Assembly: GCA_023488565.1 (NCBI GenBank)
Contig: JAMDDZ010000104.1
Coordinates: forward strand, 1 to 36,836
Reading direction: 5' to 3'
Source of the DNA: Bacillota bacterium
Lineage (GTDB): Bacteria > Bacillota > Sulfobacillia > Sulfobacillales > Sulfobacillaceae
Length of the DNA: 36,836 nucleotides
The position numbers and the translations under genes were made by a program. A model generated the notes under the pieces. It was not told the origin of the DNA and made no database searches. It saw only the letters and a program-made list of their open reading frames with translations. This document shows positions 26,853 to 35,650 of this stretch, piece after piece (within the stretch, counting starts at the first letter, position 1; every line of letters starts with the position of its first letter).

Positions 26853-26888
26853 TCGTATAAATATACGATTTCGGGGAAATTAATGCAA
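26853..26888 (-). promoter_or_regulatory. arg operon promoter with an overlapping palindromic operator candidate (ArgR/AhrC-type)
   Basis: Minus strand: TTGCAT (26888..26883), 17-nt spacer, TATATT (26865..26860). The 16-bp palindrome TCGTATA-AA-TATACGA (26853..26868) covers the -10 box. Confidence 0.45.
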
Positions 26889-26922
26889 TAGAAAGGGACG
26901 CCATTTAAGAACCCGCCATCCG

Positions 26923-27432
26923 TTAGGCCTTGTTCTTAGGTTTTGATTTGTTTGACTTCTTTGATATGGAAATTTCTCCAGTCGGTTCTAACCGTGCCTC
27001 TTTAACATCCTTAAGCTGGGTGTCTTTTTGTCGCAACTCCATTAATAGATCTGCGCTCGAGACCCTTTCCCGGGTCAACTCCTGTTCGTCAATGCGGCCG
27101 TCCACGACTAGCCGGGTAGGCACTCCTTGGGTAATCTTTTCCAACCATCGAAATCTAACATTGAGCCAGGTCAGTAAAAATTGCAAAACCCCTAGGGCCA
27201 CCGTAATGCCAATAGCATTCATTAGAGGCGTTTTGGTGTCTTCCATACCGATAGCTACCGCCTCACCAATCATAATGATCACGGCAAAGTCAAAAGGCCC
27301 CATTTTGGCTAAGGTGCGTTTCCCCATCGAACGGAATACGATCAGCGCGACGATATAAAGAATTGCAGTACGATAAATCAAGGTTGCTAACTCGGCCACG
27401 GCATATCCTCCTCCTAGAATATAGGCTGTCAT
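26923..27432 (-). CDS. DUF421 (YetF-like) membrane protein
   Basis: 169 aa. N-terminal TM helices, ..GKRTLAKMGPFDFAVIIMIGE.. and a C-terminal soluble domain typical of DUF421. Confidence 0.8.
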   Translation of the reverse strand: MTAYILGGGYAVAELATLIYRTAILYIVALIVFRSMGKRTLAKMGPFDFAVIIMIGEAVAIGMEDTKTPLMNAIGITVALGVLQFLLTWLNVRFRWLEKITQGVPTRLVVDGRIDEQELTRERVSSADLLMELRQKDTQLKDVKEARLEPTGEISISKKSNKSKPKNKA

Positions 27433-27522
27433 GAGAATGTTCTTGGTATACTCAAGAATTTCGCAAAAACCCAGTAGATTTGGTACAGTGGAGGTAATTC
27501 TTGGAGGAGGCTTCCAACGTTC

Positions 27523-28845
27523 ATGACCAAAATTGATTTGCTCGAGAAAGCTCGCGAGTTTAATGTAAAATTTGTCCGCCTACAGTTCACTGACATTCTT
27601 GGGGTAGTGAAAAATGTGGCTATCCCGGTAGAATCGCTAGGCCAAGCGCTCGATGGGAAAATTATGTTCGATGGCTCCTCCATTGAGGGCTTTGTCCGCA
27701 TTGAAGAATCCGATATGTATTTGTCTCCCGATCCCGACACATTCGCCATTTTCCCCTGGAAACCGAAAGAGGGCATGACCGCGCGACTGATGTGCGACAT
27801 CAAAAACCCCGATGGCTCGCCTTTTGACGGTTGTCCCCGCACCGCCCTAAAACGTGTGCTGGCTGACAGCCACGCCATGGGCTATGAGGTCATGGTCGGC
27901 CCTGAACCCGAATTTTTTCTCTTTGCTCGTGATGCCAACGGTATGGCCACCACCAAAACTATTGACCAAGCTGGGTATTTCGATTTGTCGCCCGTTGATT
28001 TAGGAGAAGACGCACGGCGGGAAATGGTCCTCACCCTCGAACAAATGGGCTTTGAGATTGAAGCGACCCATCACGAAGTCGCACCCGGTCAGCATGAAAT
28101 AGATTTTCGCTATGCTGATGCCCTAAGGACGGCCGACAACATCGCCACCTTTCGCTTTGTCGTCCGCACCGTCGCGATGCAGCACAACTTTCACGCAACC
28201 TTTATGCCTAAACCCATCCAGGGCATCAACGGCTCGGGTCTGCACTTTCACCAATCGCTATATTCCGGCAATACCAATGCGTTTGCGGATCCAAAAAATG
28301 GCGAGAGTATTAGCAAATTAGCGCTCCGGTATATTGGCGGGCTAATTCACCATGCCAAGGCATTTACCGCCATCACGAACCCCTTAGTCAATAGCTATAA
28401 GCGGTTAGTGCCCGGATATGAGGCGCCCGTGTATATTGCCTGGTCAATGGGCAACCGCAGTCCCATGATTCGCATTCCAGCGTCAAGAGGACAACATACG
28501 CGCATCGAGTTGCGGTCTCCCGATCCATCGTGCAACCCCTATCTGGCTTTGGCGGTCACTATTAAAGCAGGGCTGGATGGCATCCGCCACAAGATAGACG
28601 CTCCGCCTCCCATCACCCGCAACGTTTATCGCATGCACGACAGCGAACGAAAAGATATGGGCATTGAAAATTTACCGGCGAGTCTGGAAGAAGCGTTAGA
28701 TTATTTAGAAGCAGATCCCGTGATGCTGGAAGCACTCGGCGATCATATCAGTCGGCGTTATATCGAGGCAAAGCGTATCGAATGGGACGTTTACCGTCAT
28801 CAAGTCCACGATTGGGAGATAGACCAGTATCTCACAGTCTACTAG
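27523..28845 (+). CDS. glnA: glutamine synthetase, type I
   Basis: 440 aa. ..FVRLQFTDILG.., ..FDGSSIEGF.., ..KPIQGINGSGLHFHQS.. signatures. Confidence 0.95.
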   Translation: MTKIDLLEKAREFNVKFVRLQFTDILGVVKNVAIPVESLGQALDGKIMFDGSSIEGFVRIEESDMYLSPDPDTFAIFPWKPKEGMTARLMCDIKNPDGSPFDGCPRTALKRVLADSHAMGYEVMVGPEPEFFLFARDANGMATTKTIDQAGYFDLSPVDLGEDARREMVLTLEQMGFEIEATHHEVAPGQHEIDFRYADALRTADNIATFRFVVRTVAMQHNFHATFMPKPIQGINGSGLHFHQSLYSGNTNAFADPKNGESISKLALRYIGGLIHHAKAFTAITNPLVNSYKRLVPGYEAPVYIAWSMGNRSPMIRIPASRGQHTRIELRSPDPSCNPYLALAVTIKAGLDGIRHKIDAPPPITRNVYRMHDSERKDMGIENLPASLEEALDYLEADPVMLEALGDHISRRYIEAKRIEWDVYRHQVHDWEIDQYLTVY

Positions 28846-28874
28846 CGCCACCCGATGATGATCAATTCTCAAGA

Positions 28875-28896
28875 GCCCCGGCATAATGATCGGGGC
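28875..28896 (+). terminator. weak hairpin downstream of glnA (possible terminator)
   Basis: GCCCCG-N10-CGGGGC. No clear U-tract follows. Confidence 0.3.
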
Positions 28897-29036
28897 ATAA
28901 TATGGTATTGTTCCTTGGTTCAAACGGGGAATAAGTAGGAATACCCACCTTGGGCAGCCCCAAGTATTGTTGTAACTTTAGCTGTCCATTTCACGTTATC
29001 TGTACACAGAGATCTGGTAGCGAGGAAGGATGCAAG

Positions 29037-30008
29037 ATGATACGCCGATATGGGCATTGGGGATTGGTGGCTCCATGGATTGCTGGAGCCTTGCTGACCG
29101 GGTGCGGTGCGTCCGCCTCGGCGCAAGCGCCAATGATGACTATACAACATCACGTGCGTCAGCAAGTCGCTAGATCCTATCCCATTGAAGTATTTACTCA
29201 AGGAGATTTATCCTTACTGTATGCTGTACGGCAATATCAAGCGGTGGGTCCGGTTTCGGTGCCCCACTCGATAAAAGTCCTGGTCTCACGCTGGGTTCCC
29301 TGGGTATCGAGCAAAATGCTCCCCTTTGTGCCCAATACCCAGTTGGCGGTGGACAGCGCATTAGTGCAGCAAATTGACGCACGTCCTTCTGACCAGCAAG
29401 TTTTGTCCTCATTACCGGGTTGGACCTTGGAGCAACGCGACATTCCCAGCGGGAACAGCACCTATTGGGTCCCGAAAACTGGAATATGGCCAAAATGGCA
29501 AATGCCAGCAGCCGTTGTTATGGTTACTCGTGGAGATGTGGCCCTCCGAGGTCCGCTCACGGAGTCCAATGTTTCCGTTGATGGGGTAAAATTGGGTATG
29601 TCACGTGGTGAGGTGACTAAAGTCCTCGGTAAACCCGCCCGCGTCCTCCCGGGCCATGGAACCCCCTTCCCCACCTGGATATACCCTTCACGAGGGCTCA
29701 GCATCAGCTTTTATAGCACTGGTTCCCCAGCCAAGATAAGCGGGGTAACGGCCATTGGCCTAAGTCCAAAGTCACCCCTTAAATTGAATTCGGGGGTCCG
29801 CATTGGATCGCCGTTAAGTCAGGTCGTCGCTGCCTATCAACAACTACAATACCTGCCCTTTGGTTCATCTGCCAACGTCTTCATACAGGGTCAGCAAGAA
29901 GCCTTTTTAGGCGCTCACTTAATCCATTTTCCGAGCCTGCAAATTGTGTTAAACCACGGTGTGGTCACCAACATTTTGCTGTCCACACTGGAAGTCCCTC
30001 CATCTTAA
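29037..30008 (+). CDS. hypothetical lipoprotein
   Basis: Preferred start is the ATG at 29037 (MIRRYGHWGLVAPWIAGALLTGCGAS, lipobox LTGC) with AGGAAGGA upstream. The track start at 28950 adds a Cys-rich leader that is unlikely to be real. No family recognised. Confidence 0.6.
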   Translation: MIRRYGHWGLVAPWIAGALLTGCGASASAQAPMMTIQHHVRQQVARSYPIEVFTQGDLSLLYAVRQYQAVGPVSVPHSIKVLVSRWVPWVSSKMLPFVPNTQLAVDSALVQQIDARPSDQQVLSSLPGWTLEQRDIPSGNSTYWVPKTGIWPKWQMPAAVVMVTRGDVALRGPLTESNVSVDGVKLGMSRGEVTKVLGKPARVLPGHGTPFPTWIYPSRGLSISFYSTGSPAKISGVTAIGLSPKSPLKLNSGVRIGSPLSQVVAAYQQLQYLPFGSSANVFIQGQQEAFLGAHLIHFPSLQIVLNHGVVTNILLSTLEVPPS

Positions 30009-31121
30009 CTATGGAATGCGATAAGTCATCGAGTGATCGGGCTTGGCCGTTTTGTGCGCTCTTTCGCGAATCAACTCAATTTCATTTTCATCGATGGCGC
30101 GTTCAAATCTCCGAAACCCTGCCATGCGAAATCCATGCAATTGGCCTAATTGATTGATTTCTTTCACCTTTTCCACAGCAATGTGACTGCCCAGGGTAAA
30201 ATTCTCCAGACGTCCGGACAGGGCCAATATCATGGTTTCCGCCATGCAAGCCTCCACCATTTTTGGAGGAAATCCGAAATCAAATCCCATGTCCGCTTCG
30301 GGTCCCGGAACTTCAATGACGCCTCCATCTAAAACTAAAACATCGGGTCTGGCTTGGCTAACTCGTGATGAGATATTGCGCGGTCGAGCCACATCGGTAA
30401 TGACTGACCCGGGCTTCAGATCTTCGGGTTCCACGATAGCATCCTGGGCTGAAGACACCGCGACCACAATGTCCGACTCACGGACGGACTCGGCCACATT
30501 CAGGGATATGCTGACATTGGTCTCAGGGTTGTCGGACAAAATCTTATGCGCTAACGTCTCCAAATTTTCCCGGGTACGCGCTACCAATCTCAAGTACCTT
30601 ACGCGCGGAGCTAATATTTGAGAAGTTGCCTCGCCTATGGAGCCAGTAGCACCAATAACCGTGACTTGTGCCGTGTCCAAATCAATGCCCATACGCGCGG
30701 CTCCGCGCAGGGTACCTTCCACCGCAGTAGCCGTAGTGTACGAATTTCCCGTGGTAACCGGTATAGACAGCCTTTGCGAAAGCGTAATACCGCGATCCCC
30801 AGCAATTTTCGTGAATGCTCCTAATCCTAAAATATCCGCACCTAATTGTTCTGCCAAATGACCCGCACGTTCTAATTTTTTTAACACCCATTCATACGGT
30901 GACTCCAAGAGAATTTTAGGTGTCAAAGGCAATCCAATAAGCCATCCTTCGAGTTCTTCCCCGGTCAAAGACCGCACACCGGTAGTGTGTCCCACCATTA
31001 CGGGTCCGACCGCTTTAAACGCAGTTTCCACAACTCCTTGGGGCAAGTATCTTGTGAACCGATACTTGCGGGCAAAATCATCAAAACGCAGTGGATGGAT
31101 AATGAATGCAAATCGTCGCAT
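30009..31121 (-). CDS. acyl-ACP reductase (AAR)-family NAD(P)-dependent oxidoreductase homologue (often auto-annotated as shikimate-dehydrogenase-like)
   Basis: Preferred start is the ATG at 31121 (MRRFAFIIHP), 6 nt after AGGAGG. The blocks FAFIIHP, LGLGAFTKI, VTTGNSYTTA, VIGATGSIG and MVEACMAETM parallel my memory of cyanobacterial AAR (LIGHLTS, ALGGFTSI, TTGNTHTA, VVGATGDIG, MFACFAEAM). Confidence 0.65.
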   Translation of the reverse strand: MRRFAFIIHPLRFDDFARKYRFTRYLPQGVVETAFKAVGPVMVGHTTGVRSLTGEELEGWLIGLPLTPKILLESPYEWVLKKLERAGHLAEQLGADILGLGAFTKIAGDRGITLSQRLSIPVTTGNSYTTATAVEGTLRGAARMGIDLDTAQVTVIGATGSIGEATSQILAPRVRYLRLVARTRENLETLAHKILSDNPETNVSISLNVAESVRESDIVVAVSSAQDAIVEPEDLKPGSVITDVARPRNISSRVSQARPDVLVLDGGVIEVPGPEADMGFDFGFPPKMVEACMAETMILALSGRLENFTLGSHIAVEKVKEINQLGQLHGFRMAGFRRFERAIDENEIELIRERAHKTAKPDHSMTYRIP

Positions 31122-31133
31122 GACCGGCCTCCT

Positions 31134-31151
31134 GTGCACAATACTGTGCAC
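31134..31151. promoter_or_regulatory. 18-bp palindrome, candidate operator upstream of the AAR-like gene
   Basis: GTGCACA-ATAC-TGTGCAC has perfect 7-bp arms. It ends 4 nt upstream of the SD sequence of the AAR-like gene, in the divergent intergenic region. Confidence 0.35.
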
Positions 31152-31194
31152 ATTCTATCACAGTGTTATCCCTATGTCAGCGTTGAGGGATGAT

Positions 31195-31224
31195 TTGGTT
31201 GCCGCCTCAGGAGCGGCGTATAAT
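31195..31224 (+). promoter_or_regulatory. candidate sigma-A promoter for the PLP-enzyme gene
   Basis: TTGGTT (31195..31200), 18-nt spacer, TATAAT (31219..31224). Confidence 0.35.
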
Positions 31225-31275
31225 AGCACTGGCGCAGATTAAAGAACCTAGCTTTACGGAGATGGATGCAACGCT

Positions 31276-32262
31276 ATGGCGAAACCTTTTACAGAACTGA
31301 CTTTGGCAGACGTACTGATAGCCCGTCAACGAATCCAACCGTATCTGCAACCTACCCCATTAGTGCAGGCTCATGGCTTAAGTCGCCGCATAGGAAGCGA
31401 CATCTGGTTGAAATGTGAGTTTATGCTGCCGACCCGAGCTTTCAAGGTTCGTGGCGGTTTAAACTTAGTAAGTCATGAGGCGGAGCACCAGGCTATTGGT
31501 TCGAGCGGACTAACTGCTGCGTCCACCGGCAATCATGGGCAATCAATAGCTTATGCGGGACAGGTATTTGGATTTCCGGTCACTATTTTTTCTCCCGAAA
31601 ATGCCAACCCCATCAAGGTCGCGTCCATGGAGGCACTGGGTGCAACCGTGAAACTGGTGGGAAAGGACTTCGATGAGGCGCGAAATGCCTGCGAAACCTT
31701 CGCCCAACGCTCTGGGGCCCGCTACGTACATTCTATGAACGAGCCTTTGCTGATTGCCGGCGTTGGCACTGCTTACCTGGAGGCGCTGATGTCCCTTCCT
31801 TCCGCAGACCTGCTAATTGTGCCCATAGGGGGAGGATCGGGAGCGTCTGCTGCGGGATTAGTAGCTAAGTCTGTCAATCCTGCCATTCGCGTCATTGGAG
31901 TTCAGGCAGCAGGGGCTCCCGCGGTCTATCAGTCGTTTCGCAGCGGGAGGCTCGAAAGCACCTCCCAAGCCAACACTGGTGCTGAAGGATTGGCTACCCG
32001 GGTCGCATTCGACTTGCCGCTGCAAATGATTCGGCATTATGTTGATGACATTGTCCTAGTAACAGATGAAGAAATGCGTCAAGCGCAAGCCCTCATCTTT
32101 CAGGACACGCGGACACTCCCGGAAATGGCAGGAGCCGCATCTACCGCGGCAGCCGTCAAACTGGCCCAAACAATCGCCGGTTCTCGAGCCATCTTATCCG
32201 TTACCGGTGCCAATGCATCCATGCCAGAACTTCAGCAAACCTGGCGCATTATAGATCAATAA
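31276..32262 (+). CDS. PLP-dependent enzyme of the threonine/serine dehydratase (tryptophan-synthase-beta fold) family
   Basis: 328 aa. PLP-lysine motif ..RAFKVRGGLN.., ..ASTGNHGQS.., glycine loop ..PIGGGSGAS... Confidence 0.85.
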   Translation: MAKPFTELTLADVLIARQRIQPYLQPTPLVQAHGLSRRIGSDIWLKCEFMLPTRAFKVRGGLNLVSHEAEHQAIGSSGLTAASTGNHGQSIAYAGQVFGFPVTIFSPENANPIKVASMEALGATVKLVGKDFDEARNACETFAQRSGARYVHSMNEPLLIAGVGTAYLEALMSLPSADLLIVPIGGGSGASAAGLVAKSVNPAIRVIGVQAAGAPAVYQSFRSGRLESTSQANTGAEGLATRVAFDLPLQMIRHYVDDIVLVTDEEMRQAQALIFQDTRTLPEMAGAASTAAAVKLAQTIAGSRAILSVTGANASMPELQQTWRIIDQ

Positions 32263-32278
32263 CCAATGAATTCTGCGC

Positions 32279-33454
32279 CTATTGCTCGCCGGCCGTGTGC
32301 CCAGAATATGGGACGCGCAATCCGGAAATGAATAGGAAAGACAATACCGTCAGGCCTGCAGCAGTCCACATGGCGTGGCTTACCCCGACCTTATCCGCTA
32401 GCAGCCCCCATAAGGGCAATAGCAGGGCTCCCAGGCCATTAGCCAATCCCAACGCAACGCCAGATCCCATTGCTGGATTTTCAGAAAAGATGTCTTGCCC
32501 AATCAACAACGTAATCGGGAAGGTTCCAAATACGGCAATACCCAAAATCGCAACCAAGGGCCATAGCCAGATACCAGAGACAAACGGGACCAAACTCACG
32601 AAAATTAATGTGGCAATCGACGAGCCCCACAGCACAACCCGCTTCCCAAGGCGGTCCATCATCGCCCCTGAGCCCAAAGTACCGATAACGCCGGTGCCCA
32701 CGAACGTCGTGACTAGTGATGCGCCAGCAACCAGACTGCCGCCCCGTTGATGCCACAAAATTGGCAAGAAGGTACTCAGTCCGTACAACATCAGCGCTCT
32801 AAGCCCGGAAAAAGCGATCAGCGCCAGACCTGGCTTCAAATGCTTACGCCACTTTATGGGATTGCCATGCCGTGTTTGGGGTGGCAATTTGGGCACAGAT
32901 CGTGTCATCCAAGGCCAGGTCAAGGCCAAGGGTATAGCCATCACCCAGATGAATTTCAGGCCCATGGTAGCCACAACCCATCCCGCTGCCAAGGGGCTTA
33001 ATGCCCGCCCCACTTCTCCACCAATTAAAAACACCGACATCGTAACACCCTGCCGTTTTTGAGTGATGGACCGAGTAATGGACAACGCCTGCGGGTGAAA
33101 TATGGTATTGCCTATTCCCGTTATCAAAAAAAGAAGCGCCAGCATCCAATACGTGCGGGTAACCGCCACGCCCACAACGCCTACCGTAGTGAGGATCGGG
33201 CCCCACAAGGCAAATCCTCGTCCACCGACTCGATCGGCCAAAATTCCCGAAACCGGCTGCAACATCTGGCCAAACAATAATACAGACATGAGCCCTGCAA
33301 TGGGAGCCAACGGTAAATGAAGAGCGATTCCCAAAAACGGCAAAATCCCCGGAAGATAGTTTGCCAACCCATCATTGAGGAAATGCGCCCAAACTAACGC
33401 GACCAGTCCGCCGCTCCCCAAAGGTTCCCGAGTGGACTGGCTTGCAACTTCCAT
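32279..33454 (-). CDS. MFS transporter (Fsr/fosmidomycin-resistance-like subfamily)
   Basis: About 391 aa, 12 TM. AHFLNDGLANYLPGILP and QPVSGILADRVGGR motifs. I prefer the ATG at 33454 (MEVASQ) over the track TTG at 33460. GAGGTGG lies 11 nt upstream. Confidence 0.8.
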   Translation of the reverse strand: MEVASQSTREPLGSGGLVALVWAHFLNDGLANYLPGILPFLGIALHLPLAPIAGLMSVLLFGQMLQPVSGILADRVGGRGFALWGPILTTVGVVGVAVTRTYWMLALLFLITGIGNTIFHPQALSITRSITQKRQGVTMSVFLIGGEVGRALSPLAAGWVVATMGLKFIWVMAIPLALTWPWMTRSVPKLPPQTRHGNPIKWRKHLKPGLALIAFSGLRALMLYGLSTFLPILWHQRGGSLVAGASLVTTFVGTGVIGTLGSGAMMDRLGKRVVLWGSSIATLIFVSLVPFVSGIWLWPLVAILGIAVFGTFPITLLIGQDIFSENPAMGSGVALGLANGLGALLLPLWGLLADKVGVSHAMWTAAGLTVLSFLFISGLRVPYSGHTAGEQ

Positions 33455-33537
33455 ACTCAATATGCCACCTCAGTTCCGACCTTGCATTCAGTGTACCGTT
33501 ATACAAAGTTGATGACAATTCCGTTTCCCGATTCCAA

Positions 33538-34685
33538 ATGTTTCTGCAAGTTCAGGGACCGCTTCCCTATGAGGATGGTGATGGTGTCGTTATAGAAAAT
33601 TACAGACCACGCAAAATCCCCTATACTGCACCCGACGGGAGATGGGGATTACAGGAAGCCCATAGCGCTCCTGGGGACTTCCACGGGAGCGTTTGGACTT
33701 TAATCATCGAAGACTATCAGTGGCCATTTCGGAGTGTCTTGTTCCGCGGCGCCTTCGTCAATGTGTTGCCAATTCAGTCCGTAGGACATTGTTGTCTAAA
33801 AAGCCCAACGCGAACGCGGCACTGTGTGGTATTTTATGGGAGTAACGCCTGCCGTGACGATCAAATCTCCCCGATTCGATGCCTAATGCCTCCCGCTGGC
33901 GAACAAGAGGTGGAGACGCACCCGGTTATCGTAATGCGAGTGCGTAAGAGATCGGCTAACGAGTGTGAATCCACAGAAACAACACAGGCGTGATAGCCCC
34001 GCCTTTTCCTCTATGGGGGGTTTCATCCTCTATAGTGGTCGGCGGATCTCGACGTCCATATGACACCGTTCAAGGCAGCGTTCGCCGTTCATCCCCGCAT
34101 ACGGTGCAAGAAGTGGTAGGCCGCATGGCCGCCGTGAAACAAATGGAACGGAGTTCCATCAATGCCCCCTAAATACGAGGTTGATAACCGACCAAAGCGG
34201 GCCTGGTCAACTCGGAACCATTTCTGAATACACCCCTGAACCTCGGTATTTTATGAAGCCCCGGGCAAGGTACCACCCCTTCTTTTTCGGCGACGCGGCG
34301 CACTTCGCTTTAAGGGTCTGGCTGGGCTACCTTTAATGATCCGCAGGCTGTAGCCGACACCTTCCGGGTTCAACACTTCCATGTCTTGGGCACGTTACAC
34401 GCGGTGACGGCAATCACGGTCGCCCGCCGCACGCTTTACAACCGCCCCTTCCCGATCTTCCTCGACACCATGCGGTACCCCGGCGCAACGCTTCGGTTTC
34501 ACCTGCCCCTAGCTGCCAGTATTCCCCCAGTCTCAACCTCTTTCAACGATTGGGGCAGCTTGTCAAAGCAGCAGGCCTTAAGGCCGATACCCAAAATTTG
34601 CACCCCCAAGCACGATAAAACCGAATGTCTGGAGGAGATTGGCCGTTTCAGTTCCCTTCTGACGCTAAAGTTTTCAATTCGATAG
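33538..34685 (+). other. ORF-poor 1.2-kb segment: decayed plus-strand CDS or unrecognised non-coding RNA (unresolved)
   Basis: Plus-strand open stretches 33538..33993 (frame 1), 33990..34172 and 34314..34685 (both frame 0) tile the gap. They are broken by a frame change and five stops (34170, 34182, 34185, 34254, 34311). They have no SD sequence and contain many AGA/ATA/CTA/CGA codons. No family recognised. Confidence 0.25.
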
Positions 34686-34720
34686 CGATGAATAGTCGCG
34701 AGCCTAACCCGACAAGCTCC

Positions 34721-35629
34721 TCACTCGGACGCCGGTACCTTAGCCCACGTAGGCCCAATCCTTCTCGCACGATTCATCAAGGTGCCAATACCGGTGATGG
34801 TGATGGCGATCCGATCCCCTTCATCCAGTGAGATATCGGCTGGCGGCACTAAGGCAGTCCCGGTCATGAGAGCCGTCCACCCTTCAATGGGCCATTCCAT
34901 ACATAAATAGCGGGTCAATTCCTCCGGCGTACGCCGCATTTGCGCCGTGGTGATCCTTCCATCGAAGAGGACCCTGTCCTGACGCTCGATAACCATGCGA
35001 ATCTCCAGATTTCGCGGGTCCAAGGTTTCGGCCAGGACTAGAGAGGGTCCAATTGCTGCGCTGTGATGGAAAATTTTAGCTTGCGGTAAATACAGAAGGT
35101 TCTCGCCTTCAATATCGCGCGAGGACATATCATTGCCGATGGTAAACCCAAAGAGTTGCCCTTCGGGGTCCAATACCAGTGTGAGCTCCGGTTCCGGCAC
35201 TTGCCAGCGGGAATCACGCCGCAAACCCACTTCAGCACCAGGGCCGACCACCCGGGTGCCTGGTGCCTTGAAAAATAGCTCGGGGCGTTGGGCGTCATAA
35301 ACCTTGCGGTAAAAGGCTTCGGCTCCCTGCGTTTCCTCGACTCGCGCGTCTCGACTCATTGCATAAGTAACCCCGGCCGCCCAACACTCTGTTAGCGCGA
35401 CCGGAACTCCTAATCGCGACTCGGGAATCGGCACCCGCTGTGAAACCCTCTGCCACCATGTTTCCAAAGTGTGGACTAAGTTTGGCCCACCAAACAATCG
35501 CCACAAAGTGTCGATGGAATCGATGCGAGCATCAGCATATGCGAGGTCCAACGCCTCCCCCGTCGGCCCATGGGACATCCCCGCATGGCTGAGGCCTGTT
35601 TCGTCAGTCCATGCCCATAAATTCACCAT
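34721..35629 (-). CDS. fumarylacetoacetate hydrolase (FAH) family protein, 2-keto-3-deoxy-pentonate dehydratase (KdaD)-like
   Basis: 302 aa. FAH-fold C-terminal region ..EPELTLVLDPEGQLFGFTIGNDMSSRDIEGEN..LPQAK.. (metal-binding E/E/D pattern). Confidence 0.8.
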   Translation of the reverse strand: MVNLWAWTDETGLSHAGMSHGPTGEALDLAYADARIDSIDTLWRLFGGPNLVHTLETWWQRVSQRVPIPESRLGVPVALTECWAAGVTYAMSRDARVEETQGAEAFYRKVYDAQRPELFFKAPGTRVVGPGAEVGLRRDSRWQVPEPELTLVLDPEGQLFGFTIGNDMSSRDIEGENLLYLPQAKIFHHSAAIGPSLVLAETLDPRNLEIRMVIERQDRVLFDGRITTAQMRRTPEELTRYLCMEWPIEGWTALMTGTALVPPADISLDEGDRIAITITGIGTLMNRARRIGPTWAKVPASE

Positions 35630-35650
35630 TATGTTTCACACCCCTTTCTG

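Noticed and set aside
27440-27458. Inverted repeat TTCTTG-N7-CAAGAA upstream of glnA, considered as a possible GlnR/TnrA site.
   Set aside because: It does not fit the TGTNA-N7-TNACA consensus I know. The arms are only 6 bp, and no glnR gene is adjacent. Too weak to call.
33455-33720. Possible riboswitch in the leader of the Fsr-like MFS gene. Minus-strand sequence was checked by eye for TPP, guanidine-I/ykkC, fluoride, Mn, FMN, SAM and purine cores.
   Set aside because: No conserved core of a riboswitch class I know was recognisable. Only generic hairpins were present. It is retained only as part of the broader 33.46-34.72 kb finding.
34314-34685. Weak TetR-like HTH resemblance (..AVTAITVARRTLYN..) and weak enolase-superfamily-like resemblances in the plus-strand open frames of the gap.
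   Set aside because: Key invariant residues are missing (for example the Gly of the A-G-V turn, and the metal or KxK motifs). The resemblance is within what chance can give, so it is not reported as a feature.
34502-34720. The FAH reading frame stays open for 73 further codons after its TGA stop (34723..34721), which could suggest read-through or a longer original gene.
   Set aside because: The FAH protein is already full length for its family at 302 aa. The extension has no recognisable domain, and an open run of this length can occur by chance in GC-rich DNA.
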